From the NCBI GenBank assembly GCA_016873255.1, contig VGXR01000009.1:610-64609 (forward strand): DNA of 64,000 nucleotides, read 5' to 3'. Under the pieces are notes generated by a model, which worked only from the letters and a program-made list of their open reading frames with translations, did not search any database and was not told where the DNA came from. The stretch is from Planctomycetota bacterium (GTDB lineage: Bacteria; Planctomycetota; Phycisphaerae; Phycisphaerales; SM1A02). This document shows positions 29,568-38,005 of the stretch, one piece after another. The first letter of the stretch is position 1. Every line of letters starts with the position of its first letter. The translations under genes were made by a program, and so were the position numbers.

Positions 29568-30557
29568 ATGCCTCGTTCCCTCGTCACCGGCGGCGCCGGA
29601 TTCCTGGGCTCGCACCTCTGCGACTCGCTGCTTGCCTCGGGACACTCGGTGGTCTGCCTCGACAACCTGTTCACGGGCACGAGGCAGAACATCCGGCACC
29701 TCGACGGCACGCGGGGCTTCACGTTCGTGCACCACGACGTGATCCACCCGTTCGACTTCGACGTCGACTACATCTGGAACATGGCGTGCCCCGCCGCGCC
29801 GGGGCACTACCGGTACGAGCCGGTGAAGACCACCATGACCTCGGCGCTCGGGGCGCTGCATTGCCTCGAGCTTGCCAAGCAGAGCGGTGCGCGCCTGCTG
29901 CACGCGTCCACCAGCGAGGTGTACGGCGACCCCGAGGTGCATCCGCAGCCCGAGAGCTACCGCGGAAACGTGAACCCGATCGGGCCGCGCGCCTGCTACG
30001 ACGAGGGCAAGCGGGTGGCCGAGACGCTGTGCTTCGACTTCCGGCGGCTGCATGGCACGTCGATCAAGGTGGCCAGGATCTTCAACACGTACGGTCCGCG
30101 CATGCACCCCTACGACGGGCGCGTGGTGAGCAACTTCATCCGCCAGGCGGTGACCGGCGAGGCGATGACGATCTTCGGCGACGGCACGCAGACGCGGTCG
30201 TTCTGCTACGTCGGCGACCTCATCGATGCGTTCCGCCTCCTGATGGACACGCCCGAGGGGTTCACCGGGCCGGTGAACCTGGGCAACCCGCACGAATTCA
30301 CCATGAACGAGCTGGCCGAGGTGGTGGCCCGGCACGCCGGCGTGCAGGCCACCGTGGACCGGCGCCCGCTGCCGATGGACGATCCGCTGCAGCGGCAGCC
30401 CGACATCACGCTCGCGAAGAAGGCGCTCGGCTGGGAGCCGGTCGTCGGACTCGAGGAGGGCATCCCGCGCACGATCGAGTGGTTCCGGTCGGTGCGCCTG
30501 GAGGACTACCCGCCGCCGAGCCCCAACGTCATGCAGCCCGAGGCGCAGAAGCGGTAA
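29568..30557 (+). CDS. uxs: UDP-glucuronate decarboxylase (UDP-xylose synthase)
   Basis: In frame with ORF 28998..30557, ATG at 29568. [29 protein letters not shown] and [11 protein letters not shown]. The TAA stop overlaps the first bases of repeat copy 5R. Confidence 0.9.
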   Translation: MPRSLVTGGAGFLGSHLCDSLLASGHSVVCLDNLFTGTRQNIRHLDGTRGFTFVHHDVIHPFDFDVDYIWNMACPAAPGHYRYEPVKTTMTSALGALHCLELAKQSGARLLHASTSEVYGDPEVHPQPESYRGNVNPIGPRACYDEGKRVAETLCFDFRRLHGTSIKVARIFNTYGPRMHPYDGRVVSNFIRQAVTGEAMTIFGDGTQTRSFCYVGDLIDAFRLLMDTPEGFTGPVNLGNPHEFTMNELAEVVARHAGVQATVDRRPLPMDDPLQRQPDITLAKKALGWEPVVGLEEGIPRTIEWFRSVRLEDYPPPSPNVMQPEAQKR

Positions 30558-30597
30558 ATCCGTTCCTGGTTGCTGAGGCACCAATGTCTCCCGGGGG
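30556..30597 (+). repeat. GGCACCAATTG-repeat family, copy 5R (solo)
   Basis: AAATCCGTTCCTGGTTGCTGAGGCACCAATGTCTCCCGGGGG directly after, and overlapping, the uxs TAA. Confidence 0.8.
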
Positions 30598-30784
30598 CGG
30601 GGGGGCTGGTTCACGCGCCGGTGGCCGGGTGGGGCGGTGACCGACTCGGACGCGCGGCGGGGCGCGTTCCGTCGATCAACCCGATTGAATTTTGCCCGAA
30701 TGTCGCAGGTGCTTCACCGGGGACCCGTACTGTGCGCTTCGTCGAAAGCCCGGTTCGGGGCTGGCGACCGGGTCTCGGAGCGAG

Positions 30785-30815
30785 ATACCGAAAAAATACC
30801 GAACAGGTCTTGACA
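30785..30815 (+). promoter_or_regulatory. direct repeats ATACCGAA (11-bp period) abutting a TTGACA -35-like hexamer upstream of recA
   Basis: ATACCGAA at 30785 and ATACCGAAC at 30796. TTGACA at 30810-30815. A third ACCGAACA at 30846. The region is AT-richer than its surroundings. I could not identify a convincing -10. Confidence 0.3.
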
Positions 30816-30966
30816 GGACCGATGGGATCGAAGAACCTACCAAACACCGAACAAGGCACTGAAACAACTGGATTCTGAGGCTTTCCCCTCAGGACAGTGC
30901 GCAAGGAACGCAGCACGGCCGCCCGCAACCAAGAACAGGGCTGCCCCAACCGACGGAGCGAACACC

Positions 30967-32283
30967 ATGGCAACGACCCCCACCACCAACGGAACCTCGG
31001 CCTCGGCCGCACGCACCTCCTCCGCCCCGGCCGTGCCGGCCGCGCGCGAGAACTTTGGGAAGATGGCAACCATGCCTAGCCCTTCCAGGCCCAGCCCTTC
31101 GAAGCCCTCGGACGCCCGCGTCGACGTGAAGCCTGCCGTTTCCCCCGCGAACTCGGCCGCCAGCTCGGCCGCCAGCTCGGCCGCCAGCTCGGCCTTGGCT
31201 GCCGCCAAGCCCTCGGCCCCGGCGAAGCCCGTGCTCGATCCGGCCGCCCGCGCGGCGAAGGCCAAGGCCCTCGAGGCCGCGGTCGGGCAGATCGAGAAGA
31301 ACTACGGCAAGGGCAGCATCATGCGCCTCGACAACGAGGCGGTGCCCGTCATCCCGTCCATCTCGAGCGGCGCGCTCAGCCTGGACCTTGCCCTCGGCGG
31401 GAAGGGCCTGCCGCGCGGCCGCATCATCGAGGTGTTCGGGCCGGAGAGCTCGGGCAAGACCACGCTGGCGCTGACCGTCATCGCCAACTGCCAGAAGTCC
31501 GGTGGCGTCGCCGCCTTCATCGACGCCGAGCACGCGCTCGATCCCTCGTGGGCGAAGCGGCTGGGCGTGAACCTCGACGAGATCCTCGTCTCGCAGCCCG
31601 ACACCGGCGAGCAGGCGCTCGAGATCTGCGAGATGCTGGTGCGCTCGAACGCCGTCGACGTGATCGTCGTGGACTCGGTGGCGGCGCTGATCCCGCGCGC
31701 CGAGATCGAGGGCGAGATGGGCGACAGCCACGTGGGCCTGCAGGCGCGCCTCATGAGCCAGGCGCTGCGCAAGCTGACGGGCGCCATCGCCAAGAGCGAG
31801 TGCATCGTGATCTTCATCAACCAGCTGCGCGAGAAGATCGGCGTGATGTTCGGGTCCCCCGAGACCACCACCGGCGGCCGCGCGCTGAAGTTCTACGCCT
31901 CGGTGCGCGTCGACATCCGCCGCATCGGCGCCATCAAGGACGGCGACCGCAACGTGGGCAACCGCGTCAAGGCCAAGGTCGTCAAGAACAAGATCGCGCC
32001 GCCGTTCCGCGAGGCCGAGTTCGACATCATGTTCGAGGAGGGCATCTCGATCTCCGGCGACGTCCTCGACCTGGCCGTGGCGGACGAGGTGGTCGACAAG
32101 AGCGGCGCATGGTTCAGCTTCGGCGACGTGCGCCTGGGCCAGGGCCGCGAGGCGAGCAAGACGTTCCTCCGCCAGAACCCCACGCTCATGGAGGAGATCC
32201 GGTCCGAGGTGCTGAAGAAGCGCCTCGCGAACCCGGGTGCCGTGCCGGCCAAGGCCGCCGCGGCACGCGGCGACGAGGACTGA
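30967..32283 (+). CDS. recA: recombinase RecA with a ~95-aa low-complexity N-terminal extension
   Basis: 438-aa ORF. The canonical RecA sequence begins about residue 100 ([22 protein letters not shown] ... [10 protein letters not shown] ... ). The upstream part is Ala/Ser/Pro-rich and contains a 12-nt tandem repeat (AASS x3). Confidence 0.9.
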   Translation: MATTPTTNGTSASAARTSSAPAVPAARENFGKMATMPSPSRPSPSKPSDARVDVKPAVSPANSAASSAASSAASSALAAAKPSAPAKPVLDPAARAAKAKALEAAVGQIEKNYGKGSIMRLDNEAVPVIPSISSGALSLDLALGGKGLPRGRIIEVFGPESSGKTTLALTVIANCQKSGGVAAFIDAEHALDPSWAKRLGVNLDEILVSQPDTGEQALEICEMLVRSNAVDVIVVDSVAALIPRAEIEGEMGDSHVGLQARLMSQALRKLTGAIAKSECIVIFINQLREKIGVMFGSPETTTGGRALKFYASVRVDIRRIGAIKDGDRNVGNRVKAKVVKNKIAPPFREAEFDIMFEEGISISGDVLDLAVADEVVDKSGAWFSFGDVRLGQGREASKTFLRQNPTLMEEIRSEVLKKRLANPGAVPAKAAAARGDED

Positions 32284-32324
32284 CCGGGCCGGCGGCTGGG
32301 TCGGACCGCTGCCATGCCACATTC

Positions 32325-32362
32325 GGGCGCCGGACATCCCGCGACGGGGATGCCCGGCGCCC
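32325..32362 (+). terminator. GC-rich stem-loop downstream of recA
   Basis: GGGCGCCGG-A-CATCCC-GCGACG-GGGATG-C-CCGGCGCCC (9 + 6 bp), 41 nt after the recA TGA. No U-tract follows. Confidence 0.55.
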
Positions 32363-32371
32363 GGTACGTTC

Positions 32372-32419
32372 GTGTCCGCGTGTCCGCGTGTCCGCGTGTT
32401 TGCGTGTCCGCGTGTTTGC
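32372..32419. repeat. 8-bp tandem repeat (GTGTCCGC/GTGTTTGC, 6 units)
   Basis: Read directly, between the recA hairpin and the convergent tsaD stop. Confidence 0.9.
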
Positions 32420-32438
32420 CTGCCGTCGGGGCGGCGCC

Positions 32439-33563
32439 TCAGCCGGCGGCGATGCGCCCGAGCGTCGAGTGCGGCTGGGGCGCGAGCGTCAGTGCATCGT
32501 GGCTGCCCTCGGCGTGCCGCCAGTGCGCGAGTGCGGCGATCATCGCAGCGTTGTCGAGGCAATAGGCGAGGGAGGGCAGGCGCACCTCGATCGAGTGGCG
32601 CGTGCCGAACGCATGCAGCCGTGCGCGCAGGTGCCGGTTTGCGCTGACGCCGCCGCCGACGAGCAGGGTGCGCGGCGAGCCCGCTGCATCGGCCTCGATG
32701 GCGCGCTCGAGCACGTCCAGGACGTGACCCACCGCCGCGGACTGGAAGCTGGCGCAGAGGTCGCTGACCCGCTGGCCCGAGAGCGGCACCGGAGGCGTGG
32801 GGGCAGGGCGCCCGGGCACCGCGGGCACGCCGCGCACCGCGTAGAGGAGCGCGGTCTTCATGCCGCTGAAGCTGAAGTCGAGCGTGCGTGCGTCAGGGTC
32901 GGCCGCGTCGCCCGCCCCGCGGACGCTCCGTGCCGTGAGGCGCGGGATCGGGAAGCGCACGGCGCCCGGGTCGCCGGAGTCGCTGCGGGCGTCGAGGAGC
33001 GGACCGCCGGGGTAGCCAAGGTCGAGCACGGTCGCGGCCTTGTCGAACGCCTCGCCGATGGCATCGTCGATGGTGCGGCCGAGGAGCCGCATGCGCAGCG
33101 GGCCCTCCATGGCGAAGAGGTGCGTGTGCCCGCCGGACACCACCAGCCCCAGCGCCGGGAAGGCCGCGGGAGGCGCATCGATGAGCCCGGCCGCCAGGTG
33201 CGCCGCCACGTGGTCGATGCCGATCACCGGCACGCCGAGGCTCCACGCGTAGGCCTTGGCCGCGGCATTGCCGACCAGGAGCGACCCGATGAGGCCGGGC
33301 CGGTTGCCCACGGCCACCGCCGCGATCCGCTCGCGTGGGCAGTCGGCGGCCCTGAGCGCCTCGCGCACCGCCGGGACGATGCGCTCGAGGTGCGCGCGGC
33401 TCGCAAGCTCGGGCACCACGCCCGCATAGCGGCGGTGAAGCTCGTGCTGCGTGCTCACCACGCTGGAACGCACGCGGGGCGCGCCGTCGCGCCACTCGAC
33501 GACGCTTGCCGCGGTCTCGTCGCAGCTGGTCTCGATGCCCAGGATTGCGGTCCCCTCGGTCAC
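32439..33563 (-). CDS. tsaD: tRNA N6-adenosine threonylcarbamoyltransferase
   Basis: 374-aa ORF. ILGIETSCDETAASVV and VVSGGHTHL. GTG start overlaps the ctp TGA (GTGA). Confidence 0.9.
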   Translation of the reverse strand: MTEGTAILGIETSCDETAASVVEWRDGAPRVRSSVVSTQHELHRRYAGVVPELASRAHLERIVPAVREALRAADCPRERIAAVAVGNRPGLIGSLLVGNAAAKAYAWSLGVPVIGIDHVAAHLAAGLIDAPPAAFPALGLVVSGGHTHLFAMEGPLRMRLLGRTIDDAIGEAFDKAATVLDLGYPGGPLLDARSDSGDPGAVRFPIPRLTARSVRGAGDAADPDARTLDFSFSGMKTALLYAVRGVPAVPGRPAPTPPVPLSGQRVSDLCASFQSAAVGHVLDVLERAIEADAAGSPRTLLVGGGVSANRHLRARLHAFGTRHSIEVRLPSLAYCLDNAAMIAALAHWRHAEGSHDALTLAPQPHSTLGRIAAG

Positions 33564-35290
33564 TTCGACTCCGGCTCGCCGGCGGGCGTGAACTCGGGTG
33601 CCGGCACGGCGCTGCGCCGGATGGCCTCGAGCAGCGCGGCCGGGTCCTTCGCCGTCCAGCGTCCGATCACGCGCCCCTCCCGGTCGCGCAGCGTGAGCTC
33701 GCCGTCGACGAGCGTGGCATCGACGCCGAGGAGCGGATCCTCCACGCCGGCGGCCGCGCCCCGCAGGCCGCTGATGCGCCGGTTGAGTTCCTGCATGCGC
33801 TCCATGAGCATGCGCCGCTCCTCGATGGTGGAGCGGAGCTCGTCGCTGCCGGCACCCACGTCACCGGACACCGCGCCGACGACCGGCCACTCGCCGGCAT
33901 CGAGGTAGCCCTGCATCGCCTCGAGCGCGGCAGCGAGCTGCGGGTCGCAGGCATCCTTCCGCACCGACTCCGGCGAGGCCCAGCGCACCGCGGGCGCACG
34001 CGCCGAGGCCGGCGAGCCGGGAGGCGCCTCGCGTGCCTGCCGCGCGACCGTGGCCGCGCGCTGCTGCGATGCGTCCATGGGGACCCGGAAGCCGGTGTCC
34101 GGCTCCACGCCCCAGCGCGTCGCGCCGGGCTTCCGCGAGACGCTGTCGCCGCTGGGGAGGAAGTAACGCTCCACGCTCAGCTTCACCGCGCCCACGCCGT
34201 CGGGCATCGGAAGCACCTCCTGCACCGATCCCTTGCCGAACGAGCGGGTGCCCACCAGCTTGGCGCGGCCGTGGTCGCGCAGCGCGCCGGCCACGAACTC
34301 GGTGGCGCTGGCGGATCCCTCGTTGACGAGGACCACGAGCGGCACCTGCACGTCATCGGGCGACGGCGCGGCATCCCACGTGCGTCCGTCGCCGCCGCGG
34401 CCGCGCGTGCTGACGATGGCGCCCTGCTGCAGGAAGCGGTCGGCGGTGCCGATGCCGGCGGGCACCGATCCGCCGCCGTTTCCGCGCAGGTCGAGGACCA
34501 GTCCCGACACGCCGCCCGCGCGGATGCGCGCGAGCGCCGCGTCGAGCTCGGGCAGCGTGCCGTCGTTGAACGCGCCGATGCGCACGTAGGCGATGCGGCG
34601 GTCCGGGTCGAGGACGTGCTGCCATCCCTCCTCGCCCCGGGCGACGCCCTTGACGCCGGGCGTCTCGATCAGCCTTCGCGTCACCGCCACCGAGCGCGGC
34701 GTGCCGTCGGCACCGCGCAGGTCGAGGCGCACCGGCGATCCCTCGTCGCCGACGAGCAGCGAGTCGAGGCCCGTCCACGTGGTGCCCGCGGTGTCCCGGC
34801 CGTCCACCGCGACCACCACGTCGCCGGGAACGATGCCTGCCTCCATGGCCGGCGAGTCGTCGTGGGCCGTGATGACCACCGGCCGCCCGTCGGTGGGCGC
34901 GAGCTCGACGCCGATACCGACGTAGCTGCCCTTGAGCCGGTCGCGGAAGCTGCGCTCCACCTCCGGAGGCATGTACTCCGAGTACGGGTCGCCGAGCGCG
35001 CGGACCATGGCATCGAGCGCCGCCCGCTGCATCGAGGCCGGGTCGCCCCCGTCGACGTAGCGGTCCACGATCAGCGCGCGCAGCGTGATCAGCGGGTCGA
35101 ACCACGAGTACGGGTCCTGGCGCGGCGCGGGGAGGTCCCGCTGCGAGGCGCCGTCCGGCGGGCGCTCGTCGCGCCGTTCCTGGGGCACGGCTCCCGCGGA
35201 GGCGACCATGCACGCGGCGGCGACCGCCGCTGCGAGCGACGCGCGCGCCCGGGTGCCGCGACCTCGGGAATCCGCTGGAACGGGGAACAC
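33560..35290 (-). CDS. ctpA: S41 family C-terminal processing peptidase
   Basis: 576-aa ORF. PDZ region (GIGVEL...ITAHDDSPAMEAGIVPGDVVVAVDG), LVLDLRGNGGGS and SASATEFVAGAL. GTG start at 35290. Confidence 0.85.
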   Translation of the reverse strand: MFPVPADSRGRGTRARASLAAAVAAACMVASAGAVPQERRDERPPDGASQRDLPAPRQDPYSWFDPLITLRALIVDRYVDGGDPASMQRAALDAMVRALGDPYSEYMPPEVERSFRDRLKGSYVGIGVELAPTDGRPVVITAHDDSPAMEAGIVPGDVVVAVDGRDTAGTTWTGLDSLLVGDEGSPVRLDLRGADGTPRSVAVTRRLIETPGVKGVARGEEGWQHVLDPDRRIAYVRIGAFNDGTLPELDAALARIRAGGVSGLVLDLRGNGGGSVPAGIGTADRFLQQGAIVSTRGRGGDGRTWDAAPSPDDVQVPLVVLVNEGSASATEFVAGALRDHGRAKLVGTRSFGKGSVQEVLPMPDGVGAVKLSVERYFLPSGDSVSRKPGATRWGVEPDTGFRVPMDASQQRAATVARQAREAPPGSPASARAPAVRWASPESVRKDACDPQLAAALEAMQGYLDAGEWPVVGAVSGDVGAGSDELRSTIEERRMLMERMQELNRRISGLRGAAAGVEDPLLGVDATLVDGELTLRDREGRVIGRWTAKDPAALLEAIRRSAVPAPEFTPAGEPESK

Positions 35291-35336
35291 GCCGCGATGA
35301 TAGGTGCGCCCGGGCGGGTCCTACAATCGGCGTTCC

Positions 35337-36761
35337 ATGGAGACAGGCCGTCACGGCGAGGTTGACATCCGCGCGGAGCCCGCAGTGCTGGTGTCGGTGC
35401 GCCTGCGCGACGACGATGCCGACGCGGACGCGTCCGTCCGCGAGCTCCAGGCGCTGGCCGAGACCGCGGGCGTGCGCGTCGTCGGCACGCTCGAGCAGCG
35501 CCGGGCCGCTCCCCGCGGCAAGACGTACATCGGCAAGGGCAAGGTCGAGGAGCTGGCCGCCATGTGCCGGGAGCTCTCGGCGAAGGTCGCCATCTTCGAC
35601 AACGAGCTCGCGCCCAGCCAGATCCAGGAGCTCGAGAAGGCGCTCGCCGTCAAGGTGATCGATCGCAGCGAGCTGATCCTCGACATCTTCGCCAACCGCG
35701 CCACGACGCGCCAGGCGCAGCTGCAGGTCGAGATCGCGCAGCTCGAGTACACGGCGCCTCGCCTGCGCGCCATGTGGAGCCACCTCGGCCAGGTCACGGG
35801 CGGCGCGCCGGTGGGCGTGGGCACGCGCGGGCCGGGCGAGCAGCAGCTGGAGATCGACCGCCGGATCGTGAAGGCGAAGCTCGACAAGCTGCGGCGCGAG
35901 CTCGGCGAGATCGAGGCGCGGCGCTCGCGCGAGGTCCTGCAGCGGCGCGAGGAGCACTTCACGGCCGCGCTGGTGGGCTACACCAACGCCGGCAAGAGCA
36001 CGCTCTTCAACCGGCTGACGCGCGGCGGCGCGTTTGCCGCGGACAAGCTGTTCGCCACGCTCGGCACGCGCGTGGAGCAGTGGAACCTCGGCGGCGGCAA
36101 CGCCGCGATGCTCTCCGACACGGTCGGCTTCATCCAGAGGCTTCCGCACCACCTTGTGGCGAGCTTCCGCGCCACGCTCGAGGACGCGATCGCAAGCCAC
36201 GTGGTGCTCATCGTGCTCGATGCCTCCGACCGCAGTGCCCTGATGCAGCACGAGACCGTCACCGAGGTGCTCGACGAGATCGGCGCCTCCACGCAGCCGC
36301 GGATCCTGCTCCTCAACAAGTGCGACCGCATGCGGGAGAGCTGGATCCCCGAGGACGGGGCAGACCGGCGCCTCGAGGAGTGGATGGCCCGCGTGCCGGA
36401 TGCCGTCCCGATCTCCGCGGTGACGGGGCAGGGCCTCGACGAGCTCGCTGCCCGCGTGCTCGCGCTGATGAAGGGCGACACGCGCACCTGCGTGCTGTCG
36501 CTTGCGCTCTCCGAGGGCCGCGCCGTCGACTTCCTCGAGAAGCGGGTGCCGGTGCGCGAGCGCCGCTGGACCGATGACGGGCGCGTGGAGCTGACCGTGG
36601 AGATCGGGCGCAGGCAGCTCGAGCAGCTCCTCTCGGGCGGTGCGCGCATGACCGTCGACGGGCTGCCCGCGCACGAGGGACTGCGCTCGCTGTGGCCGCC
36701 GCCGCCGCGCGCCGCGCCTGTGCGGGAGCGCCCGCACGACTCGTTCGCGGTCGGGGAGTGA
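35337..36761 (+). CDS. hflX: GTPase HflX
   Basis: In frame with ORF 35304..36761, ATG at 35337. HflX N-domain (IFDNELAPSQIQELEKAL, LQVEIAQLEY, GPGEQQLE) and G-domain (GYTNAGKSTLFNRLT, DTVGFI, NKCD). Confidence 0.9.
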   Translation: METGRHGEVDIRAEPAVLVSVRLRDDDADADASVRELQALAETAGVRVVGTLEQRRAAPRGKTYIGKGKVEELAAMCRELSAKVAIFDNELAPSQIQELEKALAVKVIDRSELILDIFANRATTRQAQLQVEIAQLEYTAPRLRAMWSHLGQVTGGAPVGVGTRGPGEQQLEIDRRIVKAKLDKLRRELGEIEARRSREVLQRREEHFTAALVGYTNAGKSTLFNRLTRGGAFAADKLFATLGTRVEQWNLGGGNAAMLSDTVGFIQRLPHHLVASFRATLEDAIASHVVLIVLDASDRSALMQHETVTEVLDEIGASTQPRILLLNKCDRMRESWIPEDGADRRLEEWMARVPDAVPISAVTGQGLDELAARVLALMKGDTRTCVLSLALSEGRAVDFLEKRVPVRERRWTDDGRVELTVEIGRRQLEQLLSGGARMTVDGLPAHEGLRSLWPPPPRAAPVRERPHDSFAVGE

Positions 36762-36762
36762 G

Positions 36763-36822
36763 TTCAGGGCTCATCCGCGGCTTTCAGGGCTCATCCGCGG
36801 CTTTCAGGGCTCATCCGCGGCG
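36763..36822. repeat. 20-bp tandem repeat x3 that duplicates the 3' end (including TGA) of the 36804.. minus-strand gene
   Basis: TTCAGGGCTCATCCGCGGCT at 36763 and 36783, and TTCAGGGCTCATCCGCGGCG at 36803. The reverse complement encodes ...AADEP*. Fills the whole hflX/36804 convergent spacer. Confidence 0.9.
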
Positions 36823-37718
36823 CGGAGCACCTCGCGCAGCACCTGTGCCGCGTGCGCGTCGCGCGAGTCCGGTGCGGCGGGCGCCGACCGCTGCCACACG
36901 CGCGCCGGCGCGCCGGCGTCCACGGGGAACCAGCACACCACCGAGCTCATCTCGCATTGCCCGCCCGACCAGAACCCGTCGTCGGCGCGGCCGTGCGCGA
37001 CGCGGTGGCCCCGCGGCGGGAAGCGGTCCCAGCGCTCGATGACGCTGCCGAGGAGCGCGGTCTCCACGGCTTCGCAGGCGGCGGCGGTGTCGCTGGCCAC
37101 GCAGATCACGTTGGCCGCGCCGGGCATGAACTGCGAGTAGGCCTTGCGCAGCAGGCGCTGCACGCGCGGGATGGCCGACTCCCAGCCGGCGTCGGCGCCG
37201 GTGCGCACGCTGACGGTGCCGCTTGCGGTCGGTGCCGCGATGCGCGCGGAGCCGAGCCAATGCCCGGTCTCGTCGCGCACCACCACCTCGTCGCCCACGC
37301 TTGCCTGGAGGACGAACGGCTCGAGCGCGCCGCGCAGCTCGACCAGCGCTGCCGGCGCCAGCCCCGGCTGCCACCGCACGGCCACGGCCACCGGCCGGCG
37401 CAGCGACCCGAGTGCATGGAGCTCTTCGGGAAGGGGCAGCGCGGGCGTGGGCGCGGGCGGGGCGCCGACGCGCTTCACGTGCACCCAGAACTCGGCGCCT
37501 TCCCGGCGGACGTGGAAGTCGGCGTGGCGGCCGCCGGCCGTCGGTCGCTCGATGTCGATGGAGCAGCCGCCCTCGAGGAGCTCGCGGGCCAGGACGGCCT
37601 CTGCCACGGTGCTGAGGAAGAGGTCCTCTCGCCCCACGGGGTGGTCGAGGGCCCCCGCGAGCCGCCGCACCTGTCGTCCGGCCACTCGCCCGCCGAGGTC
37701 GCCCTGCGGCGGGGTCAT
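36804..37718 (-). CDS. hypothetical protein
   Basis: ORF 36804..37904, trimmed to ATG 37718. The longer N-terminus would run through tRNA-Phe and its terminator. No confident domain assignment. Confidence 0.5.
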   Translation of the reverse strand: MTPPQGDLGGRVAGRQVRRLAGALDHPVGREDLFLSTVAEAVLARELLEGGCSIDIERPTAGGRHADFHVRREGAEFWVHVKRVGAPPAPTPALPLPEELHALGSLRRPVAVAVRWQPGLAPAALVELRGALEPFVLQASVGDEVVVRDETGHWLGSARIAAPTASGTVSVRTGADAGWESAIPRVQRLLRKAYSQFMPGAANVICVASDTAAACEAVETALLGSVIERWDRFPPRGHRVAHGRADDGFWSGGQCEMSSVVCWFPVDAGAPARVWQRSAPAAPDSRDAHAAQVLREVLRAADEP

Positions 37719-37812
37719 CCAGCGGAGGATCTCCTCGCGGAGCCGGCGGACGTTGACGGGTGAACCCACGGGCCCAAGCGTAACGGGGGAAGCGTCACGG
37801 GGGCCGAAGGCA

Positions 37813-37844
37813 GACGCGCCGCCCCGGGAGCGGGGCGGCGCGTC
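37813..37844 (-). terminator. perfect 14-bp GC hairpin directly 3' of tRNA-Phe
   Basis: GACGCGCCGCCCCG-GGAG-CGGGGCGGCGCGTC read directly, 2 nt from the tRNA 3' end. Confidence 0.7.
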
Positions 37845-37846
37845 AA

Positions 37847-37919
37847 TGGCAACTCGCGGACTTGAACCGCGGACCCGCGCATTTTCAATGCGCTGCTCTA
37901 CCAACTGAGCTAAGTTGCC
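37847..37919 (-). tRNA. tRNA-Phe (GAA)
   Basis: Reverse complement: GGCAACTTAGCTCAGTTGGTAGAGCAGCGCATTGAAAATGCGCGGGTCCGCGGTTCAAGTCCGCGAGTTGCCA. Acceptor stem is 7 bp, anticodon loop TTGAAAA, T-loop GGTTCAAGTCC. CCA is not encoded. Confidence 0.95.
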
Positions 37920-38005
37920 GCGCTCGGGCAGCGCCGTGAAGGCGTCGCCGGGCAGTGATTCGGATGTCGCCCCGCGGGGGGCACCCGCCCACCGGCGGTG
38001 GCCGG

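Noticed and set aside
37719-37904. N-terminal 62 residues of ORF 36804..37904.
   Set aside because: This part would be translated through tRNA-Phe (37847-37919) and its terminator hairpin, so the start was moved to ATG 37718.
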